NCBI GenBank assembly: GCA_036380835.1
Contig: DASVDZ010000069.1
Coordinates: 49,094-113,093 of the forward strand
Direction of reading: 5' to 3'
Length of the DNA: 64,000 nucleotides
Source: Candidatus Eiseniibacteriota bacterium
GTDB taxonomy: Bacteria; Eisenbacteria; RBG-16-71-46; SZUA-252
Part shown: piece by piece, positions 26,437-35,900 of the stretch
Layout of the letters: every line of letters begins with the position of its first letter
Numbering within the stretch: the stretch's first letter is position 1
The notes under the pieces: generated by a model
Told to the model about the DNA's origin: nothing
The model's input: the letters and a program-made list of their open reading frames with translations, nothing else
Databases searched by the model: none
Made by a program: the position numbers and the translations under genes

Positions 26437-26496
26437 AGCAAGAGTGCGCGTGGCCGGGTAGCCGGGGCGCCGCGCGCCAGAGAGGAAGGTGGCGAC

Positions 26497-28503
26497 ATGC
26501 GCTCGCACGCGCGCCTCTGGCTCCTCGGACTCCTCCTCCCCCTGTGCCTTGCCGCGGTCCCTGCCCAAGCGCAGTACCTGTACCTCGATTCGAACGGCGA
26601 CGGAATTCGCGACGCCCAGGATCGCCTGAATCCGGACGGCCCGACCACGATCGACGTCTGGCTCGTCACCGACCGCGACCGCGACGGCACCCCCGTCGTC
26701 TGCGACGTCGAGTCCGGGACCGGGATGACCCTCAACTCGTATTCGTTCGTGCTCCACGCCGTGGGCGGCACGATGGAGTGGGGGACGATGCAGAACCGCC
26801 TCCCATTCACCGGTCCCGGCGCGTGCTTCGCATCGGATCAGGACACCACGGACCCGGTCTACTACCACAACGGGTGGGGCTATCGGGACATCCTGCCGCC
26901 CGGCCGGTACCGGCTCGCGACCCTGACCGTCCGGCCCGCGTCCGGCCATCCGTCGATCTTCGTCGAGCCCTATCATCCCGTGCTCCGGACCCGCATCACC
27001 GCGTTCGGAACGATGTGCCCGGCCCTCGAGAACGACAACACGTACAAGCTCGGCGACGACTGGCGGGACGCGAGCGGGATCGGAACGCCCCAGGCGGAGG
27101 CGGGCGGTCCGTACTACGCCACCACCGGCGATGCGGTCCCGTTCCACGGAGACGGCTCGCGCGATCCCGACGGGCAGGCGATCACGTACCTCTGGGACTT
27201 CGGCGACGGCGCCGCCGCGACCGGGGATCGGCCCACCCACGCCTACGCCGCGGCCGGGCACTACACGGCGGTCCTCACGGTGACCGGCGCGGGTGGAAGC
27301 GGCTCCGACCACGCGGACGTGGTCGTCAGCGATCCGCACCAGCCGGTCGCTCGCGCGGGCGGCCCCTACCGGGGGCGGGCCGGCACACCCGTCCACTTCG
27401 ACGGACGCGGTTCCTACGACCCCGACGGGAGCGCGCTCCGGTTCGATTGGAGATTCGGCGACGGCTTGAGCGCGACCGGGATGACGCTCGACCACGTCTA
27501 CTCCGTTGCGGGGGCGTACGTGGCGCAGCTCACCGTCAGCGACGGCGTCTACTCGGACGTCGACGCGGCGGACGTCACGATCGAGAGCGCGTCGACGACG
27601 GCGCCGGTCGCGATTCCCGGCGGCCCCTACGCCGGCGTCGCGGGGCAGGACATCCTGTTCGACGGGTCGCGGTCGTACGACGCCGACGGTCATGAAATCG
27701 GTTATGCGTGGCGGTTCGGCGACGGAACGGCCGGGACGGGAGCCCAGGTTCGACACAAGTACGGGGCGGGCGGCGTCTACACGGTGACGCTGACCGTGAG
27801 CGACGGCAGCCTCGCCGGCTCCGAGACGACCGAAGCCACGATCGCGGCCGGAGTGGCCGCGCGGGCGTTCACCGAAGAACGCGTTCCGACGGTCACCGTG
27901 GGACCCGACGAACAACCGCTCACCGTGAGCATCGAGCCGCTGAACGGGGCCTTCGGCGTCGACGACATGGACCCCTGGCCCATCACCATGCGGTCGATCG
28001 GGACCGGCTCCGTCACCGAGATCTCCGCGCAGGATCTCGTGCTCACCGATCGCGACGAGGACGGCAACGGCGTCACCGAGCTCACGGTGACGTTCGCCGC
28101 GGAGGACCTCGCGCGGCTCTTCGACGGCGTCGAGCATCCGAGCCACGTCGACGTCACGCTCTCGGGCCGGCTCTACCAGGGAGGCGTCTTCCTCGCCGAT
28201 CTCGCGATGAACGTGCGGCCGGGGAGCGGCGGGCGCCTGAAGATATCGCCCAATCCGTTCAATCCTCAGACGATCATCACGTTCCACCTGACCCGACCGG
28301 GCCCGGTGCGCGCGAACCTGTTCGACGTCCAGGGGCGCATGGTGCGTACGGTGCTCGATGCCGCGCGCATGGACTCGGGGAGCCACCAGGTCCCGCTCGA
28401 CGCGATCGGCGCTCGTGGAGAGACGCTCGCCTCCGGTATCTATTTCCTCCGGCTCGACGGTCCGGACGGCGTCATCACGAAGCGGCTCGCCGTAGCCAAG
28501 TAG
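26497..28503 (+). CDS. Secreted protein with three PKD domains and a T9SS-type (Por/FlgD-Ig-like) C-terminal sorting domain
   Basis: 668 aa. Signal peptide MRSHARLWLLGLLLPLCLAAVPAQA. Three repeats of GGPY..G..V.F.G..S.D.DG..I.Y.W.FGDG (about nt 27095-27840). C-terminus ISPNPFNP.T.I.F.L..PG.V...LFDVQGRMV....SGIYFLRL. Confidence 0.85.
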   Translation: MRSHARLWLLGLLLPLCLAAVPAQAQYLYLDSNGDGIRDAQDRLNPDGPTTIDVWLVTDRDRDGTPVVCDVESGTGMTLNSYSFVLHAVGGTMEWGTMQNRLPFTGPGACFASDQDTTDPVYYHNGWGYRDILPPGRYRLATLTVRPASGHPSIFVEPYHPVLRTRITAFGTMCPALENDNTYKLGDDWRDASGIGTPQAEAGGPYYATTGDAVPFHGDGSRDPDGQAITYLWDFGDGAAATGDRPTHAYAAAGHYTAVLTVTGAGGSGSDHADVVVSDPHQPVARAGGPYRGRAGTPVHFDGRGSYDPDGSALRFDWRFGDGLSATGMTLDHVYSVAGAYVAQLTVSDGVYSDVDAADVTIESASTTAPVAIPGGPYAGVAGQDILFDGSRSYDADGHEIGYAWRFGDGTAGTGAQVRHKYGAGGVYTVTLTVSDGSLAGSETTEATIAAGVAARAFTEERVPTVTVGPDEQPLTVSIEPLNGAFGVDDMDPWPITMRSIGTGSVTEISAQDLVLTDRDEDGNGVTELTVTFAAEDLARLFDGVEHPSHVDVTLSGRLYQGGVFLADLAMNVRPGSGGRLKISPNPFNPQTIITFHLTRPGPVRANLFDVQGRMVRTVLDAARMDSGSHQVPLDAIGARGETLASGIYFLRLDGPDGVITKRLAVAK

Positions 28504-28519
28504 CGCGCGCCCGAAGCGA

Positions 28520-28568
28520 CCGAAGGCGTTCCAGGCTGTCCCAATCGGGACGGCGGGGACGCCTTCGG
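28520..28568 (+). terminator. Compound hairpin immediately after the PKD gene
   Basis: ccgaaggcgt ... acgccttcgg (10-bp stem) enclosing gtccc-aatc-gggac. There is no U tract, so terminator function is uncertain. Confidence 0.3.
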
Positions 28569-28653
28569 CCATTTCGAGCCACGCGGCTCCGGCCCGGATC
28601 AATTCATCCCGTTCCACCGGGTTACCGCGATCGAGCCGGCAGGAACCGTTTCC

Positions 28654-28668
28654 TGGCATGCCGGTTGT
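28654..28668 (+). promoter_or_regulatory. Weak sigma54-like motif TGGCATG-N4-TTGT
   Basis: cTGGCATGccggTTGTaa, 50 nt upstream of ATG 28719. The spacing is correct but the -12 GC is replaced by GT. Confidence 0.2.
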
Positions 28669-28718
28669 AAGTGAAGGGTCACGAGAACCGTCGCGGGTCC
28701 ACGCCCAGGGAGACAGGC

Positions 28719-29531
28719 ATGAACGTCGAGATCGCCGGCAGCCGGCGCGGAGGAGCCGTTCGCCCGGGTCGCACGGGGTTCCTCCCCGCGCTTCTGCTCG
28801 TCGCGGCGTGGCTCGCCGCCTTGGCGGTCCCGGCGCGGGCCGACGTGGCGGGCGCGGTGGGCGCGGACTACTACAGCGGCCCGTCGGACCAGGTCACGCG
28901 CGGCGTGCTCGGGGTCGCGAGCGTCGGCGTCGCGGGCGGATTCGCGTCGCTCGCCGGCGTGCGCTTCGACGACAACCTGGTCGGCGCCGGATTCAGCGTC
29001 ACCGGCGGCGCGGGCGCGCCGCTCGGGTCGCCGTCACGCCTCTTCCGCGTGCTCGCGACGCGCTTCGTCGGCGACGCGTCGTTCCGCGCGTGGCGCCTCA
29101 AGGCGGGGCCGTTCTTCCAGTGGGGCGGCTCGACCCTTGGCCTGTCGTTTCTCCGCTACGTCGACGACCAGAGCGGGGAGGCGACCGGAGGAATCGCGGA
29201 GCTCGAGGTTCCGGTCGCCCCTCGATGGAAGGCGACCGCCAGCGGCTCCGCGGCCGCGATCCAGGCGGGGGAGCGGAGCTGGAGCGGATCCGCCGGGATC
29301 GCGTGGACCGCGACGCCCCACGTGACGCTCACCGCGGAGGCGGGCGTCGCCCGGAACGGATCGATCGCGTCGGCGGCGCCGGCCTCGGCCGGCCGCGGTC
29401 TTCGCGACAATCCGGTCCTCGGAAACCTGCTGGGAGGAGGCGGAGGCCAAGGCGGCGCCGGAGCCGCGTCCGAGACCACGCCCGACGTCTCGGCCACGCT
29501 CCTCATGGGCATCCGGGTCCCGATTCCGTGA
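28719..29531 (+). CDS. Hypothetical secreted Gly/Ala-rich protein (possible beta-barrel)
   Basis: Track ORF 28671..29531. I prefer ATG 28719 after GGGAGACAGG. Signal-like FLPALLLVAAWLAALAVPARA. Alternating beta-strand-like pattern. No terminal Phe. Confidence 0.5.
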   Translation: MNVEIAGSRRGGAVRPGRTGFLPALLLVAAWLAALAVPARADVAGAVGADYYSGPSDQVTRGVLGVASVGVAGGFASLAGVRFDDNLVGAGFSVTGGAGAPLGSPSRLFRVLATRFVGDASFRAWRLKAGPFFQWGGSTLGLSFLRYVDDQSGEATGGIAELEVPVAPRWKATASGSAAAIQAGERSWSGSAGIAWTATPHVTLTAEAGVARNGSIASAAPASAGRGLRDNPVLGNLLGGGGGQGGAGAASETTPDVSATLLMGIRVPIP

Positions 29532-29589
29532 CCCGGTCGCAAGACCCCGGAGACCGCGCATCGGGCGCGGCGAAACCAAGGAGGCAGTC

Positions 29590-30363
29590 ATGAAACGCAT
29601 CACGATCCTGTCCATGGGCACCGCGGCGGCGCTGGCCTTGACGTTCGGCTTCGCGTTCGCCGACGACGGTGCGGGCACGCCGCCGAGCGATCCGACCGCG
29701 AAGGCGGCGGAGACGGTCCAGACGACCGCGAATCCGCAGGCCGAAGCCCACGCGGGCGACGTCCTCGCGGGCATCCACGAGCGCGCCGCGAAGGTGGACG
29801 CGAAGGCGGCCGCGAAGTGGAACGGCGAGCTCGACGCCGCCGCGAAGGAGACCGACGCGGCCGGCGCCGCCGACGAGCGGCAGGTGGCCGACCGCCTCGG
29901 CACCGAGTTCGGCATCACGGGAGACGCCCTCATCGCCGAGAAGAGCGATCTCAACACGTCGTGGGGGCAACTGATGATCGCTCACACGCTGATGGCGAAT
30001 GCCACGGCCGACGTCACCGCCAAGCAGCTCTTCGACATGAAGACCCAGGGCATGGGCTGGGGTCAGATCGCGGCGGGCATGGGCCTTCGCCTCGGTGACG
30101 CGATCAGCGCGGTGAAGGCGGAAGGGCGCGTCGCGAAGGGGCTCGACAAGCCGGACGGCAGCGTCGCGACGATCCACGGCGTCGGGGCCAAGGCCGGCAT
30201 GGGCCAAGCGCAGGCCGCGGCGAAGGCGGGCGCGAAGTCAGCCGCGAAGTCGGGCGCCAAGGTGGGCGCGCAGGGCGCGGCCGGCGCGGCGGTGGAGACG
30301 GAGCACGCCAAGATGGGCGTGGGGGCCGGAGTCGGCGCCGGCGCCGGAAAGTCCGGCAAGTAG
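29590..30363 (+). CDS. Hypothetical secreted Ala/Lys-rich protein
   Basis: 257 aa. Strong RBS AAGGAGG. Signal peptide MKRITILSMGTAAALALTFGFAFA. No family recognised. Confidence 0.65.
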   Translation: MKRITILSMGTAAALALTFGFAFADDGAGTPPSDPTAKAAETVQTTANPQAEAHAGDVLAGIHERAAKVDAKAAAKWNGELDAAAKETDAAGAADERQVADRLGTEFGITGDALIAEKSDLNTSWGQLMIAHTLMANATADVTAKQLFDMKTQGMGWGQIAAGMGLRLGDAISAVKAEGRVAKGLDKPDGSVATIHGVGAKAGMGQAQAAAKAGAKSAAKSGAKVGAQGAAGAAVETEHAKMGVGAGVGAGAGKSGK

Positions 30364-30376
30364 CGCCACGATCCGA

Positions 30377-31372
30377 TCAGGAAGCGGTCCGGGGCGGGCC
30401 CTCGCGGGTCCGCCCCGTTTCATTCGCGCCGGCGGCCGCGGCGGGCGCGCTCCCCGCGGCGCGCGGGCGCGACCGCGCCGAGATGATCAGGACGACGCCC
30501 GTCGTGATGACGGCCCCCGCGATCAGCACGTGGGGCCCGACGGCCTCCCCGCCGAGCGACCAGCCCGCGAGCACGGCGATCGCCGGGTTCACGTACGCGT
30601 AGGTTCCGGCCCGGGCGGGCGTCGTGACGTGGAGCAGCCAGTTGTAGGCGCTGAACGCGACGATCGATCCCGCCACGATCAGGTAGGCGAGCGACAGGGC
30701 GGAGCGCGTCGAGATCGCCGCCGGATGGATTCGCGCCCCTTCGCCCGCCGCCAGCCCCACGAGGGTGACGATCGCGCCGCCGGCGAGCATCTGCATGGCT
30801 CCCGATTGCAGGTGCGATCGCACGTGCGACACGTACCGCGTCAGGACCGAGCCCGCGCCCCACGCCGCCGCCGCGGCCAGGAGGAACGCGGCGCCCGCCG
30901 GATCGATCCGGGCCCCGGGCGTTCGAGCCCCGCCTCCGATCAGGATCCAGACGCCCGCGAACCCGGAGATCAGGCCGATCGCGGTGAGTCCGTTGGGCCG
31001 GACGCCCCGCGGTCGGATCCAGTCGATCAGGACGATCCACGCCGGAATCGAGGCGACCACGAGCGCGGCGAGCGCCGACGGGACCCGCGTCTCGGCGACG
31101 GTGACGCCGCCGTTCCCGCCGAGGAAGAAGAGCGCGCCCAGGAGCGACGCCCCGAGCCATTGCCGCGCCGTCGGGCGCACTGTTTCGCCGCGCGCCGCGA
31201 CCCACGCGTAGAGGATCGCGCCGGCGATCAGGAACCGGACGCCGACCATGAGGAGCGGCGGCATCGTCTCCACGGCGAAGCGGATCGCGAGGTAGGTGGT
31301 GCCCCAGATCAGGTAGACGCAGGCGAAGGCGAGCGCCGTGCGGAACGGCGCGTGGCGCGTGGCCGGGCCCAC
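30377..31372 (-). CDS. EamA/DMT-family transporter
   Basis: 331 aa. FACVYLIWGTTYLAIRF and two EamA repeats. Starts 2 nt after the Lrp gene stop. Confidence 0.85.
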   Translation of the reverse strand: MGPATRHAPFRTALAFACVYLIWGTTYLAIRFAVETMPPLLMVGVRFLIAGAILYAWVAARGETVRPTARQWLGASLLGALFFLGGNGGVTVAETRVPSALAALVVASIPAWIVLIDWIRPRGVRPNGLTAIGLISGFAGVWILIGGGARTPGARIDPAGAAFLLAAAAAWGAGSVLTRYVSHVRSHLQSGAMQMLAGGAIVTLVGLAAGEGARIHPAAISTRSALSLAYLIVAGSIVAFSAYNWLLHVTTPARAGTYAYVNPAIAVLAGWSLGGEAVGPHVLIAGAVITTGVVLIISARSRPRAAGSAPAAAAGANETGRTREGPPRTAS

Positions 31373-31374
31373 GA

Positions 31375-31902
31375 TCAGCGCTCCTTCGGCCGCGCCGGAC
31401 CTCGGCGCCGGGCCCGGCCGCCCACGCCGCGCGCTCCGGGATCGGCGGGCAGCGCGAGCAGCGCCGTCTCCTTCACCGAGGAGAGGACGATCGTCGTTCG
31501 CGTCGAGCGCACCGACGGAAGCGAGCCGATCGACTCGCGAAGGAGGCGCCCGAGCGCTTCCGTGTCGGCCACGCGCACCTTGACCAGGTAGCAGTCCTCG
31601 CCGGCGATCTGGTGCACCTCCTGGACCTCCGGGATCCGGCCGATCTGCCGCCCGGTGTCGACGCCGCCGACCCGCTCCTCCGCATGGACGAAGACGAACG
31701 CCACCAGAGAGGCGCCGAGGCGTTTCGGATCGAGGCGGGCCTCGTAGCCGCGGATCAGGCCGCTCTCCTCCATCTTCCGGATCCGGGCGAGGATGGCGGA
31801 GGGGGCGATGCCGGTCCGGCGCGCCAGCTCGGCGTGCGAGGTCCGAGCGTCCTTCTGAAGAATCGAAATAATCGTTCGATCAATTGAGTCGATCATTCTC
31901 AT
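31375..31902 (-). CDS. Lrp/AsnC-family transcriptional regulator
   Basis: C-terminal part of the spurious 1039-aa track ORF. ATG 31902. MRMIDSIDRTIISILQKDARTSHAELARRTGIAPSAILARIRKMEESGLIRGY. Confidence 0.85.
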   Translation of the reverse strand: MRMIDSIDRTIISILQKDARTSHAELARRTGIAPSAILARIRKMEESGLIRGYEARLDPKRLGASLVAFVFVHAEERVGGVDTGRQIGRIPEVQEVHQIAGEDCYLVKVRVADTEALGRLLRESIGSLPSVRSTRTTIVLSSVKETALLALPADPGARGVGGRARRRGPARPKER

Positions 31903-32022
31903 TTGTCCACCATATTCAGAAGTATAGGCGGGAAGTATCCCAGTTTCCATCCGCCTCTTGCCGGCGTATTCGGGCGCCTTCCCCCCGGGATGGGCGTAGA
32001 CTCCCCGGGAGGCGAACGACCC

Positions 32023-32622
32023 ATGACTTCCCACGCGCTCGGCCTCGTCCTCGGCGTTTCCGCCGCGGCGGGGCTCAACCTCTACGCCACGGTGGCGGCC
32101 CTGGGACTGCTCCAGCGGCTGGGCGTCGCGACCCTGCCGCCCTCGCTCCACGTCCTCTCGCATCCCGCGGTCCTCGCGATCGCGATCGCGCTCTACGCCG
32201 TGGAGTTCGTCGCCGACAAGATCCCGGCGGTGGACCACGTCTGGGACGCGATCCATACGTTCATCCGTCCGCCCGCGGCCGCGGTCCTCGCGTTCGCCGC
32301 GGTGGCGAACGTCCCGGAGCCGTGGCGCGTCGCGGCGGCGCTCCTCGCGGGGGTGGTCGCGTTGACGTCGCATGGGGGGAAGGCGACGTCGCGGATCGCC
32401 GTGAACGCCAGCCCGGAACCGTTCAGCAATTGGGTGGTGAGCCTGGGCGAGGACGGACTCGCGGTGACGCTCGCCTGGCTCGCGGCGACGCACCCGATCG
32501 TGGCGCTCGCGCTGGGGACGGCGGTCACGATCGCGGCGGTCGTGGCGATCGTGGTGACGGTGCGGCTCATCCGCGGCGCCGCGCGGCTGGCGTTCGGCCG
32601 GTCCCGGCGGCCGGCCGGCTAG
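32023..32622 (+). CDS. DUF4126-like membrane protein
   Basis: Track ORF 31903..32622, started at ATG 32023 after [30 protein letters not shown] matches the DUF4126 core as I remember it. Confidence 0.65.
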   Translation: MTSHALGLVLGVSAAAGLNLYATVAALGLLQRLGVATLPPSLHVLSHPAVLAIAIALYAVEFVADKIPAVDHVWDAIHTFIRPPAAAVLAFAAVANVPEPWRVAAALLAGVVALTSHGGKATSRIAVNASPEPFSNWVVSLGEDGLAVTLAWLAATHPIVALALGTAVTIAAVVAIVVTVRLIRGAARLAFGRSRRPAG

Positions 32623-34439
32623 TTCTCGGCGCTCTTCCGCTTGTGGTAGTCGAGGATCCGCTTCCGCACGCGGATCGCGTCCGGCGTGACCTCCACCAGC
32701 TCGTCGTCGTTGATCCACTCGATCGCCTGTTCGATCGTGAGGTCGCGCGGCGGCGTCAGCTTGATCCCGATGTCGGCGGTCGAGGCGCGCATGTTGGTGA
32801 GGTGCTTCCGCCGGCAGACCTGGACCACGAGATCGCCGTCCTTGACCTGCTCGCCGACGACCTGGCCCGGGTAGACCTTGTCGGTCGGCCGGACGAAAAA
32901 CGTCCCGCGGTCGCCCAGCTGGTCCAGGGCGTACGCCGTGACGTCCCCCCCCTCCTTGGCGATCATGGCGCCGCGCTTCCGGTTGGGGAGCGGCCCGCGA
33001 TGCGGCCCGTAGCGGTCGAAGAGGTGGTTCAAGAGGCCGGTCCCCTTGGTGAGCGTGAGGAACTCGGTCCGGAATCCGAGGAGCCCCCGCGACGGAATCA
33101 TGAAATCCATGCGCGCGCGGTCGCCGTGGCGGCCCAGGTGCTGGAGCTCGCCGCGCCGCTCGCCGAGCGCGGAGATCACGGCCCCCGTGAACTCCTCGGC
33201 GCAGTCGATCACCAGCTCCTCGTAGGGCTCGAGCGTCTCGCCCGACTCCGACTTGTGGAAGATGACCTGCGGCCGTCCGAGGGCGAACTCGTATCCCTCG
33301 CGGCGCATCGTCTCCGCGAGGATCGCGAGCGACAGCTCGCCTCGGCCAAGCACGAGGAACGCGTCGGCGTCCGGGGTCCGCTCCATCCTGAGGCCCACGT
33401 TCCGCTCCAGCTCGCGCTCCAGCCGTTCCAGGAGGTGGCGGCTCGTCAGGTACTTGCCGGAGAGTCCGGAGAAGGGCGCGTCGTTGACGCGGAACTCCAT
33501 CGAAAGCGTCGGCTCGTCGACGCGGATCCCGTCGAGCGGCGTCGGATCGGCGGGATCGAGGATCGTCTGTCCGATCTCGATCCGCGGGAAGCCCGAGAGC
33601 ACGACGATGTCGCCGGCCTTGGCCTCGGTCACCTCGACGCGCTCGATCCCCTCGAAGAGGTAGATCTTGCCCACCTTCCCCTTCTGCACCATCGCTCCGT
33701 CGGGCTTGACCGCCGCCAGCTCCGTCGCGCGGGTGATGCGTCCGGAGTGGACGCGGCCGACGGCGAGGCGCCCGAAGTAGTCGGAGTAGTCGATGTTCGC
33801 GACGATCAGCTTGAACGGCGCGTCGCCGATCCTCGGCGCCGGAACGTGGGTGAGGATCGTGTCGAGGAGCGGCCGGAGGTCGCCCTCCGTCGCGGCGACG
33901 TCCTTCGAAACGAAGCCGAGGCGCCCCGAACCGTAGAGCACCGGGAAGTCGAGGTGGTCGTCGCGCGTCGCGAGCGAGAGGAAGAGGTCGTGGATCTCCT
34001 CCTCGACCTCGAGCGGCCGCGCGTCCGCGCGGTCGATCTTGTTGATCAGCACGATCGGCCGCTTGCCGGTCTCGAGGGCCTTCTTCAGCACGAAGCGGGT
34101 CTGGGGGAGCGGGCCCTCCGCCGCGTCCACGAGGAGGAGGACCCCCTCCACCATCGTGAGGATCCGTTCCACCTCCGAGCCGAAGTCGCGATGGCCCGGT
34201 GTGTCGACGATGTTGATGACGGTGTCGCCGTAGCGGATCGCCGTGTTCTTGGCGAGGATGGTGATGCCGCGCTCGCGCTCCAGGTCGCCCGAGTCCATCA
34301 CGCACTCCTCGACGTGCTGGCCCGTCCGGAAGGTGCCCGCCTGCTTGAGCAGGGCGTCCACGAGCGTGGTCTTTCCGTGGTCCACGTGGGCCACGATGGC
34401 GATGGCGCGGCGGTCCGCGCGGCGTTCGATGGCGATCAT
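32619..34439 (-). CDS. typA: Translational GTPase TypA/BipA
   Basis: 606 aa. [26 protein letters not shown] and NKIDR, with full-length TypA architecture. Confidence 0.95.
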   Translation of the reverse strand: MIAIERRADRRAIAIVAHVDHGKTTLVDALLKQAGTFRTGQHVEECVMDSGDLERERGITILAKNTAIRYGDTVINIVDTPGHRDFGSEVERILTMVEGVLLLVDAAEGPLPQTRFVLKKALETGKRPIVLINKIDRADARPLEVEEEIHDLFLSLATRDDHLDFPVLYGSGRLGFVSKDVAATEGDLRPLLDTILTHVPAPRIGDAPFKLIVANIDYSDYFGRLAVGRVHSGRITRATELAAVKPDGAMVQKGKVGKIYLFEGIERVEVTEAKAGDIVVLSGFPRIEIGQTILDPADPTPLDGIRVDEPTLSMEFRVNDAPFSGLSGKYLTSRHLLERLERELERNVGLRMERTPDADAFLVLGRGELSLAILAETMRREGYEFALGRPQVIFHKSESGETLEPYEELVIDCAEEFTGAVISALGERRGELQHLGRHGDRARMDFMIPSRGLLGFRTEFLTLTKGTGLLNHLFDRYGPHRGPLPNRKRGAMIAKEGGDVTAYALDQLGDRGTFFVRPTDKVYPGQVVGEQVKDGDLVVQVCRRKHLTNMRASTADIGIKLTPPRDLTIEQAIEWINDDELVEVTPDAIRVRKRILDYHKRKSAEN

Positions 34440-34488
34440 GAGAGCGAGCCATCATAGCAGGTTTCGGGCCGGCCCGGGACTCGAGGGG

Positions 34489-34504
34489 TGGCACGGAAAT
34501 CGCA
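34489..34504 (+). promoter_or_regulatory. Candidate sigma54 promoter TGGCACG-N4-TCGCA
   Basis: gTGGCACGgaaaTCGCAg has one mismatch to TGGCACG-N4-TTGCA. It lies 140 nt upstream of ATG 34644, in the typA-divergent spacer. Confidence 0.4.
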
Positions 34505-34643
34505 GGACCCGCCTCCGTGCCCGTCGCGCCACGACGGGCTCGTGGGGTTCGGGGCGGCCATCGTCCACGAACCGGCTCGCGCTGTGCGGACCCGCACGGC
34601 GATGACCGGTATCGTTCATGGAGGACCGCACCACATGCACCGC

Positions 34644-35231
34644 ATGAAGAAGGAAATCGCGCTGCTCGGTCTGCTCGCCTTCGCGTTTCCCGCCGTCGTC
34701 CACGCCGCGCCCGACAAGACGGGGCGCCTGGCCGTGGGCTACTTCTCGCCCGACGCGCCGCTCGGCATCCGCTACACGGCGTCTCCCAGGGCCGCGGTCG
34801 ACCTCGGCATCGGCTTCGCGCAGGAGGTGATCGGCGACGATCCCACGACCGTGGCCGCCGGCGACCAGGCGAAGAACCTCGAGCTCCATGTCGACGCGGG
34901 CGTGCCGTTCACCCTCGTGACGCGCGACCGCGTGAACCTCTTCCTCAGGCCCGGCGTGCTCTTCCGGTTCATTCCGACGTACCATCGCGCGACGCCCGCC
35001 GACCCCTACGAGAAGCAGAGCGAGACGGAGGTGCAGTTCACCGGCATCCTCGGAGCCGAGTGGTTCGCGACCGACGACCTCTCGCTTTCCGTGGGACAGG
35101 GCATCGAGATCGTCTCCACGAAGGGCGTCGACGCGAACGACCTCACGACGGGAACGCTCGATTCGACCACCACGATCGACGGCCTCCAGGCCCTCGACCT
35201 GACCCGGATCGGCTTCCACTTCTACTTCTAG
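34644..35231 (+). CDS. Small outer-membrane beta-barrel protein
   Basis: Track ORF 34488..35231, started at ATG 34644 (MKKEIALLGLLAFAFPAVVHA). Alternating beta pattern. C-terminal GFHFYF ends in Phe, like an OMP beta-signal. Confidence 0.65.
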   Translation: MKKEIALLGLLAFAFPAVVHAAPDKTGRLAVGYFSPDAPLGIRYTASPRAAVDLGIGFAQEVIGDDPTTVAAGDQAKNLELHVDAGVPFTLVTRDRVNLFLRPGVLFRFIPTYHRATPADPYEKQSETEVQFTGILGAEWFATDDLSLSVGQGIEIVSTKGVDANDLTTGTLDSTTTIDGLQALDLTRIGFHFYF

Positions 35232-35270
35232 GCGGCCCCACCGCCCTGATATCCTGCTCGTCGAATCCGA

Positions 35271-35298
35271 GGGCGGTCCGCGGAGTCGCGGGCCGCCC
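35271..35298 (+). terminator. GC-rich hairpin after the OMP gene
   Basis: gggcggtccgcg-gagt-cgcgggccgccc followed by ttcc. No long U tract. Confidence 0.3.
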
Positions 35299-35328
35299 TT
35301 CCACCGTGCCGGACGGGAGGCGAACCCG

Positions 35329-35796
35329 ATGGACCCCGCGGTCCTGACCCAGCTCTTCCAGCTCAACCATCACGCGCTCCACCGAAACGTGGACGACCTG
35401 ACGAACGACGACGCCTTGATCGCGCCGCACGCGGGCGGCAACTGCCTCAACTGGATCGTGGGGCACCTGGTGGCGAACCGAAACGCCGTCCTCGAGCGCG
35501 TGGGGGAGCCCCCGATCTGGACCGCGGAGGTGGCGGCGCGCTACGCGCGCGGGAGCGCCCCGATCCGGGGCGTGGGCGACGGGCGGCCGTTCGACCGCCT
35601 CATGGCCGATTTCGACGCCGCCCAGGAACGGATCGTCGGGGGCCTCGGCCGCATGGGCGACGCGGACCTCGCCCGGGCGGACGGCGACGGAACGGTCGCG
35701 GGGCGGCTCGCCTTCCTCCAGTTCCACGAGGCCTATCACATCGGCCAGGCGGGGCTCCTCCGGCGCATCGCCGGCAAGGACGGGGCGATCCGCTAG
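35329..35796 (+). CDS. DinB-family protein
   Basis: 155 aa. RBS GGGAGG. NWIVGHLV and FHEAYHIGQAGLLRR. Confidence 0.8.
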   Translation: MDPAVLTQLFQLNHHALHRNVDDLTNDDALIAPHAGGNCLNWIVGHLVANRNAVLERVGEPPIWTAEVAARYARGSAPIRGVGDGRPFDRLMADFDAAQERIVGGLGRMGDADLARADGDGTVAGRLAFLQFHEAYHIGQAGLLRRIAGKDGAIR

Positions 35797-35833
35797 AGCG
35801 CGTCGGGCCCGCGGATGGTGTCGCCGGGAGCGG

Positions 35834-35854
35834 GCGCGAGTCGTATACTCGCGC
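35834..35854. promoter_or_regulatory. Perfect inverted repeat GCGCGAGT-N5-ACTCGCGC containing a TATACT box, upstream of cydA
   Basis: gcgcgagtcgtatactcgcgc, 47 nt upstream of ATG 35901. A second GC hairpin follows. Confidence 0.25.
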
Positions 35855-35900
35855 TCCGGCGCGGGGGCAAGCCCGCGCGCCTTCGTCACGAGGGTCGCTC

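Noticed and set aside
27095-27840. Repetitive DNA that could be mistaken for a tandem or CRISPR-like array
   Set aside because: The repeats are about 240 nt, imperfect and in-frame. They encode three PKD domains. No short direct repeats with unique spacers exist anywhere in the window.
25147-28659. 1170-aa minus-strand ORF, the longest in the track
   Set aside because: Its composition is Arg/Gly/Pro/Ala-rich junk. It is antisense to two well-supported genes (EamA 25467..26351 in part, and the PKD protein 26497..28503). This is the usual stop-codon-poor antisense frame of GC-rich DNA.
28671-28718. GTG 28671 as the start of the secreted protein gene
   Set aside because: The extension (MKGHENRRGSTPRETG) precedes a better ATG with a GGGAGACAGG RBS at 28719, and would sit on top of the sigma54-like motif. 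I kept it only as an alternative.
30180-30360. Reiterated gcgaag/gcgggcgc units
   Set aside because: This is codon-level low complexity encoding the AKAGAKSAAKSGAKVGA tail of the secreted protein 29590..30363. It is not an independent repeat element.
31903-34494. Upstream 860 aa of the 1039-aa minus ORF 31375..34494, and the 857-aa plus ORF 31884..34457
   Set aside because: Only the last 175 codons (Lrp/AsnC, 31375..31902) look like protein. The rest is Arg/Pro-rich and overlaps the unmistakable typA gene (32619..34439) and the DUF4126 gene in other frames.
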